NCBI GenBank assembly: GCA_964234715.1 | Contig: OZ174276.1 | Source: Podarcis melisellensis | Taxonomy: Eukaryota | Reading direction: 5' to 3' (one strand) | Length of the DNA: 64,000 nt | Shown: piece by piece, positions 39,360 through 51,780 of the stretch | Numbering within the stretch: the stretch's first letter is position 1 | Layout: each line of letters starts with the position of its first letter | Notes under the pieces: generated by a model | Databases searched by the model: none | Seen by the model: only the letters and a program-made list of their open reading frames with translations | What the model was told of the DNA's origin: nothing | Program-made: the position numbers and the translations under genes

Positions 39360-39500
39360 ATTAATCACAAATCACTTGGCAGATTAGACTGAGAGTGTGG
39401 GAGTGACTGGCCCATGATCACCCAGTGACCTTCTTGGCTGAATGAGAGTTTGAACCTGGATCTCTGTGGCAGTAGTATAAAACTCTCACTACTACGCTAA
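39360..39500 (-). mobile_element. MIR/L2-partner SINE, decayed
   Basis: ttagactgagag..gagtgactggcccatgatcacccagtga..ggctgaatgagagtttgaacctggatctc..actctcactactac. Confidence 0.75.
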
Positions 39501-39778
39501 TAAATAGACCATGCAGGCCTCTTGCATGAAGTTAATGAGCTCCTTGGATCAAGTGCAGCTTACTCAAGGTAAACATCTGGAGCTGCTTTCATTGGTTGCC
39601 TCAGCAAGTTTCATTTTAAAGACCCCCTTCCCCATTTGTTAAATGAGAATAGGAAACGAACACCCTCAAAAAGGGGTATTTTGAATTGTGCATGGTCTTG
39701 TAAAGCATTTGCACATCAAAATGCTATGTAAATAACCTTTTGTAATATAAAACAAAAGGCTTGGCCATTTGTTTCAAA

Positions 39779-40932
39779 TCAGACACTGTAAGTAATGAGA
39801 TAAGAACTGCAAAGCCTTGAAATGGTGAGGCTTTCTATAGCTCCTTCATAATTTATGTCTGAGTGTCTCTTCCAAGCATTGGTTATATGGCTAGGAAGTG
39901 CCAGAAACATCTCATTTTCTAGGTCATGTAAGGAACTGGCACAGATGCAGTGGATACATTCTGACATTTGCAGACTCTGAAAATCCGGGATGAGTAATTG
40001 TGGTAGAAGAGTGAAGTATCTGGAGGGACAAATGTGAGCCCTGCTTCTAGTCAAGCAGTATTCCAAACGCCCATCTTCATCTCTCTTTTGACCCACTGAA
40101 CCAGTTCCTCTAATGAAGTTGTGAAAGGCTAGAGAACCCCAACTCAAGGATGGAGAGTGAGCTGCCAATAATAACCCTGAAAGTTATGTCTCTGCATATC
40201 AAAAGTATTCTGCCAAAAATATACCGTAAATAATGATCAAGAGCCTGCTGGATTCTGTAGTACATAATGGTAAGAGTGCATTGTGGTGGGCTTGTTAAGT
40301 AACTGCTGTGACACTGAAGTTGGTTCAGCAGGAATTTGCTAAACTTCCTTATTTGTTGCATTATTTTGTACAGATGTGGAGAGGTTTGCTGCCAATGGGG
40401 TCTTATAGGATGCAGTCATTTACCATGTGCCCTTTTAAGTATTCTAACTAATGCTGATGTTGAAATTTTGAATTCCTTTTATATTTATATCCTTTTGTCT
40501 ACCACTTCGGCCAGAGGAGGGTCTGTTAGGCATACACGAGGCCATTGTGTCACAGACTGCCTCCATTCCGTTCTGCAGAAAAAAGCAGTGGCGTGTGAAC
40601 CAATTGAATGAAATACCTTCTTTGTCAGTAGTCTCGTTACTTCCCACCTCAGCGACTATTGGATCAGTGAATCCAGGCACTAATTTTATAACACATCTGT
40701 CACTCTCCTCCCAAAATGGGTTGGCAGCTGATGCAGCAGCAAGACTGAGAAGGTCTTTTAGATTCCAAGGTGCCCTGCTATAGGAGCGTTGGAAGTCTGA
40801 TTTCACTAGCCTCTTGAGACTCCGAATCTCTAGTTTATTGCTGATCGAGCTGTCATGGTGACTGTGTAGCAAACCTTTAGAGTGCCTTTGCTGATTAGTA
40901 GCTGCATAGCCAGGTCCGTCCCACAGTTCCAA
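39779..40932 (-). pseudogene. unidentified decayed coding-like block; candidate endogenous bornavirus-like nucleoprotein element
   Basis: Three tandem minus-strand ORFs (162, 83 and 129 aa) carry short collinear motifs resembling BDV N. Similarity is weak and judged by eye only. Confidence 0.25.
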
Positions 40933-43439
40933 GAAAAAATGTAGGCTGAGCCAACCCTTTCCTTAGCTGGTGCTCACATATCACACATATTCCTGGTCCG
41001 ATTCGGTTTTACAGCGCTAGGGTTTTATTTTTTATTTTTAAGAATGCATCATTCAAAGCAAAACATGTAAGCTTGCTCAGCAATGCACATGCATTTAAAC
41101 ATATCATAGGAATTAGGAGTCAAATAGAATACAACAAACTGCATACTGAGCCATCCATGCCTGGCCCTGCTTAGCTTTACTTAACACAATCCATTCATAA
41201 TATTCTCATTGAAATCATAAGCAAAACACACACGGGCACCTGAGAGTTAAGCACTGTTCCTAGAATACAAATAGCAGAGCAAATAATGATCATTACCCAC
41301 AATCCATTGTGTTTTTTCAAGTCACTATCATCAGCTCAGTAATACTGTTTAATCCCTTCCCCTGATTTAAAATTCCATCATAGGGAAGTAATGTGTTTCT
41401 GTTCTGGGGTTTACTCTGGTAAAAACATTAGTAGATTAACTTTATCTTACCTATTACAGGGGTCTTCTAGGAGTTAGTGCAGCTTATTTATCAAAAAGTG
41501 AATAAAATAAAAATTCAAACCAAATTGCTAATATCTGCAAGTGCCTTTCAGTGGGAAGTGCACTTCACTGGTATCAGTTTCAAATATTTGCATAGATCCT
41601 GTTGAGTGCTCCAGAGAATGGCTACTATTTTATTAAAAAAGAAATCTATCAATTTAATTGGTTACAAGAAAACCCATACTTGAACCTGGATTATCTTAGT
41701 TTATATGCCAATGTCATGAATTGTTAAATTTGCTCTATAGTTTGTTCCAAATTTTACATGAGTTCTTTCCCATCTTAATTATAGAAGCTCATTTTTGAAC
41801 CCTTAATAAAATCATGGTCATTGTGTGTTCCTTACTTACATTGTCCATGTAACTCTAGGACACAGAAAACATTTTATGATGGGAGCTGCGGTTGAACAAC
41901 ATCTGTGGGCCCCACAGGTTCCTTACCTCTGCTGTTGACTCCACTATCTGGGGTGGGGAAGGGGCAGGTTTTGCTCCCATCTAAACTGTGCCCCCAGTTG
42001 TAGTGTGTTTTGCTTTCCACCATGTGAGTCAATGGCTGAAGTTGGGTTCAAGTGAAGGCAAACCCTGCACTTCAGCCTTGACACTGGGAGTAATGGTAGG
42101 TTGCGCCTCCCCAACCCAATGGAGTCCCCCCAGCATACCCTTTTATTTTCTCTCATGTACATGAATTAGGGTGCATTCTGTACTTTGGGATGCTGTGATG
42201 TCAGTGCCACTGTGTCAGTGCCATTGGGCACTATGTTGGGGCCTCAGTTCAAAAATGTGTCATTGCCTATGTTGTGATATTTTGCCAGTTAGTCAATAGT
42301 GAGCATGTCTTCTTGTAGCTGCCTTTTCCAGACTTCTGTGCAGATAAAAATGTTTAGTTTACATGTGAAATGGGTGTGTATATTGAGTCTACACTGCTGG
42401 AGGAAGACTCTTTTGGGTTAAGAAATGCATAGAAAGCTTTTTGTAGGCTGCAATCAAACAGTGGGCAGGACCAGGTCTCAAAGTGGTCAAGCCAAATGCA
42501 CATTAGGTACACATCACGCACCTGTATGCATCCAAATTTGCAGATGCAGAACACATAAACAGACATAGTGAACACAGAGACTCACACACACACTCTGCCC
42601 CTACTCATCACCTTAACATAGGGATGCTCACTGTGGCATATAGCCGGAGGTAGGCAAAATAGCTTGCTGCATGGGAAACAGTCAGACTTTGGGCAGAGAT
42701 GCACTTGAGTGGTTTGCTTTTCTTTGTGGGCCAAGTGTTCTGATTACACCACAGGGGATAAAACACCCTCTAATCTGCTCTGTTCAATTCTCATGCACTA
42801 GCAATGATCACTGAGTGTTCAGGAAACACTGGGAGCACTTGCATTGCCTGCGTTATGGGGGGAAAGAGTGGCAGGAAAGAGCAGCACAGGGCATCTCTGG
42901 GATGGAGGGCTGTCATCAAACACTGTAGGATGCTACTATAGAAAGACTCTTCTATAGCATGTACTGTGTTTGTAGTTAAGGACAAGCATAGTAAAATGTT
43001 TTCCCTTTAGGGGGGAGAGAGGTTTCCGGGGAAAGCCCAGCAAGCTGCTATGACCCTATTGGTGCTTGCCCACAAGAAACAAGGTGGCAGCTTGCAAATG
43101 ATTGTGGAGCACTCAGGGATGCACAAGCAATCTGTGCAAGATGGCTTGAGAAGAAGAAACTGTGCTCTTGGTAAGGGCAAGAGGACTTCCCCCATTCAAT
43201 TCTTGTATTGTTCTGTGGTTCATTGTGCTCTGCATCCCATTCCTTCTGAAACTGGGTTTAATTAGGAGAGTTACTAACATTAATTCTGGATTTGGAGCAT
43301 GAATAGAGTTGCAGCTTTTACGTCCTTCACATATGTTTCCTTCTGTGTGATTGCACACATGTGCATTGATGTTGCATTAAAGGTATGCAATCAATACGCA
43401 TAATGCAAGCTTATTTTTGTACAGTGTTCTACGTGTGCA

Positions 43440-44083
43440 AACCTTCTGTGAGTTAGGGACTTCCCCTGCATACGAAGACAAGTTCCAGCGGATGAGCGGA
43501 CTAGATCAGTAGTGGGTCCAACAGTCAAGAAGGCGGTTACTGCGTGTACTGTAGAGGAAAATGAGTGGCAGATGGGGTTCATCAACCTAGGAAGGTAGCC
43601 CATCTAGGAGAAGGAAAACTCTATTCCTAAACCTCTGCTGCCTTGCAGCTATATTCATTGGTGAAAAAGGCTTCGGGAATAAACCCTGAGGAAAAATTTG
43701 TACCCACTGTCTTGTGGGGCATCTTTGGGAGAAGAAAAGGCTAAGGAGTAAACCCTATGCAAATCTGAAGTCCCCAAGGTGGCGCCCTGTACCACTGCTC
43801 CTGGCAACTTCTGCAGCCAAGCTGGTGCCAAATGTATTGCTCTGCTTTCCTTTGGTGAGGCTGAGACCAAGGGCATTGTTGTCTGGGCAGCCCAGGACCT
43901 CCATACACACTGCTTAGACTTGTGCCCCAGAGAGTTCACTTTGCTACTGCTAACACAGCAAAAAAATTCACAGGTGAATCTCTGCAGCAGCCATAGTAGA
44001 CAGTGATTCTCCAGTAGTTTGACTTCACCCATAGAAGTGCATTTCATTGTATCTCAAGACAGACAGAGGGATGCCAACTACTA
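43440..44083 (+). mobile_element. non-coding retroelement, RTE 5'UTR-derived non-autonomous type
   Basis: RTE-UTR-like motifs ggagaaggaaaactct..aaacctc..gaaaaggct..ggagtaaaccct..ctggcaact.ctgcagccaagctggtgccaa. 3' end agacagacagagggatgccaactacta. Family assignment from recall. Confidence 0.6.
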
Positions 44084-47000
44084 GTGGGTTCCTCTGCTAC
44101 ATAATCTTGAGACAACCATGTACACCATCACTACAAGCTGTGTCCCCCCCCCTTCACAATATTTTATCCATGCACACAACAAAATTGATAATAAACACTG
44201 CAAAAACACAGCAAAAGTAAAGAGATGTTCAGATTGCAATTGAAATGCAGGGGCAAGGAGGAGGAAGTGAAACGACTCTTCAAAATTCAGAACTAAAAAC
44301 ACGGAACAATAGAGACCTCCTAATGTGTCACTTCCACTTTGGAATGAAGACCAGATAATCCAGATGTAAAGAATCAGGGAAGAAATTCACTTGGCAATTT
44401 CAGAAGAATTCCTAGATCTCGGTACTTTGATGTAGGTTTACAATTGTTGAGATGTCTGAATTCTGTTTGGAGACTGAGTGAAGGTATGCCCTGACTGGAA
44501 TTTGACAGGAATGCTGCGTGGACCTTTGTTCTTTCCTAGAATGGGTTTTGGTATCTGTTCCAGCTTCTTCAGTCCATTCTGTAGTTTTGGCAGCTCTGCC
44601 CCAAATGTTTCATTGTTCAGCGTAGATGACCAGGGATTTGTGGAAAATCCAAGGCATAGAGCTGCCTTTCTATTGGTGTGGGGAAAGGCTTTGCAAAGAA
44701 TACTGGCAGTGATACAACTTGGTTCTAATAGAAATCTGTGGACATAGCCCCTACTTTTCCTACACCATGAAGTGTAGTAACTATCAATTGAAAGGTCACA
44801 TAGTTAAAATGAGGAACCAGTTGGAAGTTAAAACCCCACCAAGGCCCCTCATGAATATCTTTGCAAATAATCTCTGTTTATATATTATTGTGCAGTATAA
44901 AAATGTCACTCCCCAAAGGTAACCAATATCACGTACCTTTTGAGTGCTTAACCTACTTTGCTATTAGCGTACTTAGGAGTGGGGGGAGGGCATTGCCAAT
45001 GTAAGAGCTGTCTTTGAATGCATTGACACTGGCATGTAGAGAAAACCTTTCCTGTATTTTGCATTGTCTCTCTTTCCTTGGAAGGGATTATCGTGTAGGT
45101 TGTATGTGCTGCGACAGTGAGATCGAAGTAAACAGAAAAGGGACTGTTGAAAGTGAGATAGCTGTGATAGTATGTGGGGGCTGGGACTTTTTTTACAGCA
45201 GGCTTTATTGTAACCAGCTTTTTGCCTTATGCCCGACTCCTCTCACTTTCTCCTTTGAGATGTAGATTGTGACATGGATTCTGACATCTCTTCCAGAGGA
45301 ATGAGCTTTAGGTAAAACAGATAATGTACCAGTTCCTGTAAGATGTATTGCACAGTAGCTCTAGATAAGTTCTTATTTTCCCCTCTTTGAAAATACTTTA
45401 CTTTTGGCAGGCTTATTAATAAGAAAATCGGCCTTTCTGCATTCAAGGTGGAATTCATTTTCATGGACAAAGGCCCTTTGTTGGGAGCTGGCTCTGTTCC
45501 TGAAGTGGGATAGAGATTATTCTGAAGATAGCATTGATTTTTGTCCTTCAGGAGACTCCAGTAAGAGCAATCCTTTTTCTTATTTTTGGAATCCTTTAAA
45601 GGCCTGCTAGAAGTTGAAAGGAAATTGTTGTTCAAAGTTGAGTTTTATAACCTGGTTGGCTATATATAGGAAGAAATCACCATCTGATATCCAACTTGCA
45701 CAAACAAGCGCCAAGAAAATGTGTTGGGTGCATTGTGTTTTTTGTTTTTTGTTTAAATCTGATCAACAATATTTTGGTCACAAAACTCAGTTGGTTAAGG
45801 TGACAAAATGCACCTGATATTAAATGAAGTCAAGAATAAGCTGCCTTTCCTAAGAAACTTAATGCCACCTTTCAAGAAGGTACGTTGTGCTTCGGCTAGC
45901 AGAGGAAAATACCTTATCATCGACTTCCAGGTTGTCAAGGTGCTTAATCATAACCTTTGAGATGTGGCCGCTTGCACTCTGCTGGTGCAAAGAGCCATGA
46001 ATGAAAATCAAATAAGCATTTAACGTGGTGTTTTTCAATCTTTTTATTCATTGATGAAGCCTGGTCTATTGGATTAGGTCTTTCCGTAGCAATATTAGCA
46101 ACGGGGGTGTTGAGATGTAAGGGAATAACCTTTTAGCCATTGCCACTTGCTTTACTAGCTGATGTTACCTGCCAGCTAATCTGCCGTCCTTGTATTTTCC
46201 TCAGACTGTCTTCTTTGTAAGAGGAAGCTCAGGGAAATGGTTGGCAAGGTTTTGAAAGTGTAATCATGTATAAAAAACAAATCCATTGCTAACACTGGAT
46301 ACTCCATTGTACCAAGCAAGATGAGAGTAAAAGGAGATTAGCTGAAGAAGGAAATGTGCTGCACTCACTTTTTTTCATGGGTAGCCTGTGAAAGGAAAAA
46401 TCTTTCACAAAATACTCAGAGGAAAAGGGTTAAAAGGAAAGTTGTGCAAGAATGGCCAACATATCTGAGATTACTGGTATTCTCTACACAATATTTGATG
46501 ACATTCAGGTAAAATTTGTTTCAGGTGAGATTGGGGCATCTTCATTTTTGGGCAGCAGGTAAGAATACTTCTAAGTATCCAGAAAAAATACAGGTCGTCT
46601 GAGAATCTTTCCACAACAGGTGCCAACTGAATTAATCCTCATGACAGACTAGAAGCAAACAGAAGCAGCTTTTCTTCAAGACGGCAGGTCAAAATCCCAT
46701 GGGGAAATTTCCATTGGGTCCAGTGATATTACACCAGATCTTTGGAAGTCTTGTGTACGGCCTTGCAGTGGATGTGTGTAAGGTGAACAGGATACTTCCC
46801 TTTTCCTACTTCCTAAACACACCAGCAAACTTTCCAGATTCTGCTGAACGTAATTGCACATATGAATTAAAACAATCTTTAGTATCAATTTGCAAATGAA
46901 CATTTCATTAAAGATATGGAATACATCTTTGTTTGACTGCACCTAGGTACCTGCTGCTATTTTTAAAGCGGCTATTTAAAACCTGTCCACAGGCTTGCCT

Positions 47001-50000
47001 ACATTAGACTCACATGGCAACTCCTCGACAGTCACTCAATTTAACAGCAATCACCCTCTATTTTTGCCCCTTGGAGTTAGAGAATTTTAGAATACATAAT
47101 GCATCTTCCCACTCCATTCTAATTAACATGGGGTTTTGCACACTAAGCTTTCATTAGAGGCAACCAGGTCAAGCTGACAGTGAATTTCTGATGTGTGGTC
47201 AGCAAACAAAGATCTGCTTAGGTTTGTCTTTACAGTTTTGCTCCAGCATTTCTATACTAATAGCGACGGAGGAAGTTCTATTTTTAGCTTCAAAGCTGCA
47301 TCCCTCACAACACCAGCAGTGAAGCTTCCAGCAAAGCTCTTTAATTCCTTGTCAGAATGAACTTAATTAAATCCCCTCTGGCTTTTTTTTTTTTTTAGTA
47401 ATCTAGTAAGTATGTGAATCTAAATTTGGAAGTTTATTATATCCTGAATTTTATTATAAAGCTTTTACTCAATAAGGCAAATAATTATTCAAGTCTCCCG
47501 CTTCCCTTTCTATCATCGAATTTGTATATGGTTTTTCTTTTCTTTTTTTAAGGCAAGGAAGTGCCCAGAAACAAGTCATCCTTTGTTGCATGGGTGGGGT
47601 GGGATATCCATGTGTAATCCATAGCACTGAGATCAGCTAAAAATGGAATGCAAATGAACACTTTGGATTTGTAGGATTGACAGTTTAAGCTCAGGGTTCC
47701 TGAGGTACAGCCTGTGTTAAAATGGGGCAACCCCCTTTCTCCAGCGATACGGAAAGTAGGTCACTATACAGCTGGTCCAGAGAGAGAGATTAAAGAATTT
47801 TATCTCCAGGAGGTGACTCAAGAGGCAAGAAGCTAGCATGTACTCACAGGCTCTTTGCACATCATAAACTTAAACTTTCAAGATATTTAAAGGTGCATGT
47901 AGCAGGTAATAACTGTTTCTGAAGATACAGCCTATCTTTGCAAGAAAATCAAGGTATATCTGAAATTCCTCTGAAATTCAGAAGCCAAGTTAGAAACAGC
48001 TTCAGTGAGATTGGTTAGCAAACAGCTATGATGGTGGTGGATGCTTCCTAACGCCCTGCTTATTTGATCAGCAATAGATGACCTCCTGTCAACCAAATTC
48101 TTTGCAGATGTGTGCTATCACACTCACACCATACCATTAAAGCACATTTAAAGCACCTTTAACAGAGCCCCCGCAAAGGTAGAATTTTGAACACTCTTAA
48201 CAAACTACACCATAAAAATATGGTGTGGATATGTGAGCAAGGGTTCTTTTCCTTGATACTTTTTGCTTCAGAGGGAGTGAGGGGTATGCCTAGCCTCAGC
48301 ACTGTTACCAGGCAAAAGACCACTGGGGATGTGGGATATTTTCCTGTCCCAGCTTCCCCTGTGGGCTGCTTCTGATCTACCCAGCAGAGGTGGCTTGGGT
48401 GAGCTTCGTGCTTCCTCTTCCCATGGAATGTGGGGAGAGGAAGCGCAAGCAAGTAATGCTTCCATCTCTGACTCTTTCTGCCAAAAAACCTCCAAAGTAG
48501 GTTTCAGACTGGGCTGATCCTGTCTGAGAAAGGGAAGAGGGCATTCCACAATACCTTAATTTAGCAGCAGAACATTAAAAGCTTCTGTGGCTTTGAATCC
48601 CCTGAAATAATAATGTTCAAGTGAGAAACCTGAATCTTTCAGACTATTGCAACATCCCAAGTAGCTGTTTTAGGGAAACTCTTGATTGTAAAAATCAGGT
48701 AGAAATACAAATAATAAGTAAGTAGAGGTGAAATGAATAACCTTGCAAATCCACAAATTTTATTGATCACACTATGTATCAGCAAGCTTTACCCACATGT
48801 ACTGTATATTAGTGTCCCCTTACCAACAGAAAAATTAAAAAATCTCTACCTGGTTGCCTGGAGCTGAATCTTGCTCTCCATTGGCAACCAGAAGTGTGCC
48901 TGATGATGGAATAAAGCAGAATAACCATGTGTTAACCAGCCTCTTATCATAAGCAGTTTAAGGCTCAAAGGGTGGCACTGAATTTTCCCATCTTTTGCAC
49001 TTGGTATTATCCTCTTCCCTGCCCCCGGATGTTGAAGGGTATATCTGGTCTACCAATTCTAGACATTGTTAGCCGTGCAAATATTAGAGTTCTCTGACTG
49101 CTTAAGATGGATTCCTGTTATCGTAGTCTGCAGATCCTAACATCAGTACGACCCATAACCTTTCCATTTGAGATATGGATGTATGAAGATTTACATTACT
49201 TCTTTCTAGATAAACACAGAGCCATATAGCAGTACTCTGATAGGTTTTTATCTAAATCTGAAATAACAGCAGTGAAATAGGTATATCCGTGTGCTTTTTG
49301 GATTAGCTTGGTTCACACTTTTTAGAATAAGTGACACTACCGTATATCTTTTGCTGTTTGAGAATGGGATAAGAGTTCTTGCACAGGCTGCTGAGTTTTG
49401 AGTTTTAAGTTAGAATTCTATTGCCTTGCAGTCCTGTGGATTTTATGTATGGTATTGTGGATAGTTTATGTGTATTTGCACATTTTTCTGAATATATGTT
49501 AATAGACAAAATCCCCTCACACACTAAGAGGGGATAGCCAGATGACAAACAACACTTGGCTGTGGAATATGGCATATAAAGGGTTAAAAGGAGATTGACT
49601 GCAACCATTGCACCTTCTCTGACTCAGTGGGTGAGATTTAGCTTGTATATGAGTGTTTTCAGTCCTCTAGCAGCTTGTATATGTTGCTGAAATTTGGGCC
49701 AAAAATAAACAACCTCGGTTTTGCACATTCTCCCAGTTGGTACAGTTCCAGAAGTTGGCTAAATGGCATTTAGCTGATTAAATTCAAATCTAGACTGCAC
49801 AATCTGATGTCTGCCATTAGAGCTGTAGACTTGCCACCAAAATGTAGATTAGTGGCATAACACATTATTGTGGTTGCTCACGAGTATGTGTGTGAAAAGG
49901 ATTGGCATTTTAAAAAAAATAAATTCTATAAATCCTTTCAGTTAATTTGTGGGCATTTAATATATATTTTTCCAAATTTCATTGTTTTCAGTTACTTTTT

Positions 50001-50399
50001 AATTTTTTTGCCTCTGGCTTTGAACTCTTATCTCCAGTTTAAGGAGATAAACTTAGCACCAAAGGTTCCCTATACTTGGTTTAGAGGAACTATGTCTTGT
50101 GGTGTACATCCTTTGTCAATTCTCCTCCAGATTAATGCAGTAGCAAAAAGGAAACTCACACAACTTTTAAGCAGTATTTCAGTTGGGCGGGGATTTTTTC
50201 CAAGGACCAAGTCTGATTCTCTCTCAGGCTGCTTGTTTTCCTTCAGCCTAATGGCCAACTTTGAATTGAAGCATGCCCATACCTGTACATTGCTTTATGT
50301 AATGGGAGGACAACATGTGCAGCCCTTAACTCCCTCTAATTTTTATTTTTATTTAATTTGGTTTACTTTTCAACAAGGAAGATCCTGGGTCTCTGAAAG

Positions 50400-50990
50400 G
50401 TTCATAGTTGGTGTCTTTGTACTCCTTGATCTGTCTCTGTCACTTGAGGCTCAGGTAGTCTCATTGGCTAGGAATGACTTTTACTAGCTATTTCTGTTCT
50501 TGAATGGGGATAGCCTGGTCATTCATGCATTGATAACCTCAGGAGTAGATTATTGCAATGTGCTCTATGTGGGGCAAGCCTTGGGCTTCGTCCAGAAGTT
50601 ACAGCTGGTACAGAATGCTGTGGCTAGACGGTTGGTGGGGACATATTACTCCTGGACCAGATTTAAGCAGGGTTCTAATATTAATTTACAGGACTTGCAA
50701 CAATTCGGGCCTAGGATACCTTAAGGACTACTGGATACTTTATATACCAGCCCAGTCACTGAGATATTTGTGGGAGTCTTATCCACCAGGAGCGCTGCAT
50801 TCAGTATTTTGGGCTACAGTCTGTGGAATTCCCTCCCAGCTGAGATCATAGAGTCCCCTTCCTGTTCAACTTGAGATGCTTGTTATTTTAAGGAAGTTGT
50901 ATTTTGCCTGTTTATGGACTCTGCCTATTTCTGAAGTTGTATTTTGCCCTATGATTTTTATCTTTGATTTTGATTTTTTTTGGTATTCAA
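50400..50990 (+). mobile_element. L2 LINE ORF2 3' fragment
   Basis: ORF 50500-50724 VIHALITSGVDYCNVLYVGQALGFVQKLQLVQNAVARRLVG, followed by GLGYLKD and ctgtggaattccctccc. Confidence 0.9.
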
Positions 50991-51711
50991 CACCATATTA
51001 TTGGTTGATGAATTCATCAGTCCAATAATGTGTTCAAAATAAACAAAAAACCATGGGTTAAAACCTAAGCAGTTCTATAAACCACTTTCCATGGTGAAAG
51101 GCAGTCTATAAATACTGGAAATAAATCGCCCCTCCCCCAAGCTTTGACTCCAGTCTTGTCCACATACTTAGAATCTACTTTATTAGACATACAAATAAAA
51201 CACAAACGTTCATAACAGAGTAGCATGGAAGCCACTTCCACACAGATGAGTCCCACGCTATTTCAGTATCCTCTACTTTTTAAAAGGATAGCCATGGTTC
51301 CTTCCCATACCAGAAGGATTTGAAACTACCCTAAAATTAGACACCTCTAAAGGATTGACTGTTTCTGTGCTACACATCGGCACTATTCAAGTATTTACAA
51401 TTCTGCAAAATGAGCAAATCTCTTGGGTCATCTATTAATCAGGGTACATGCCACAGAGACAGTGCTTATCATCTTAAAGCATGAGAAATGCAGGGCAGTA
51501 GTCCTGCCATGGGACTATTTGGCTGTCTGAAAGATGCAAAAAAGCCACATGAAATAGACACAATTTTCTCTCTCTCAAATGCTTCTCATCTCTCTTCCCT
51601 GCCCCCTCTTGAGCAAGTTAAGATTCTTCCAGAGAATGATTGGGAAATCTGGCAAATTTGCTATATTTATTATGGGCTAGGTTTTCAGATGGGCTTTTCT
51701 GAAGTGACCAT

Positions 51712-51780
51712 TTTAAGGCTGCAGTCCTGTGCACATTTACCAGAAAGTAAGCCCCACTGAATGCAGTGAATATGCTTGAT
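51712..51780. repeat. short lizard palindromic repeat (ggctgcagtcct..agtaagcccca)
   Basis: Related copies at ~21195-21280, ~22920 and ~58490-58575. Confidence 0.55.

Noticed and set aside
49870-50487. 205-aa ORF, the longest in the window
   Set aside because: Non-ATG start and F/L/I-rich composition typical of T-rich non-coding DNA. The 3' end runs into an L2 fragment.
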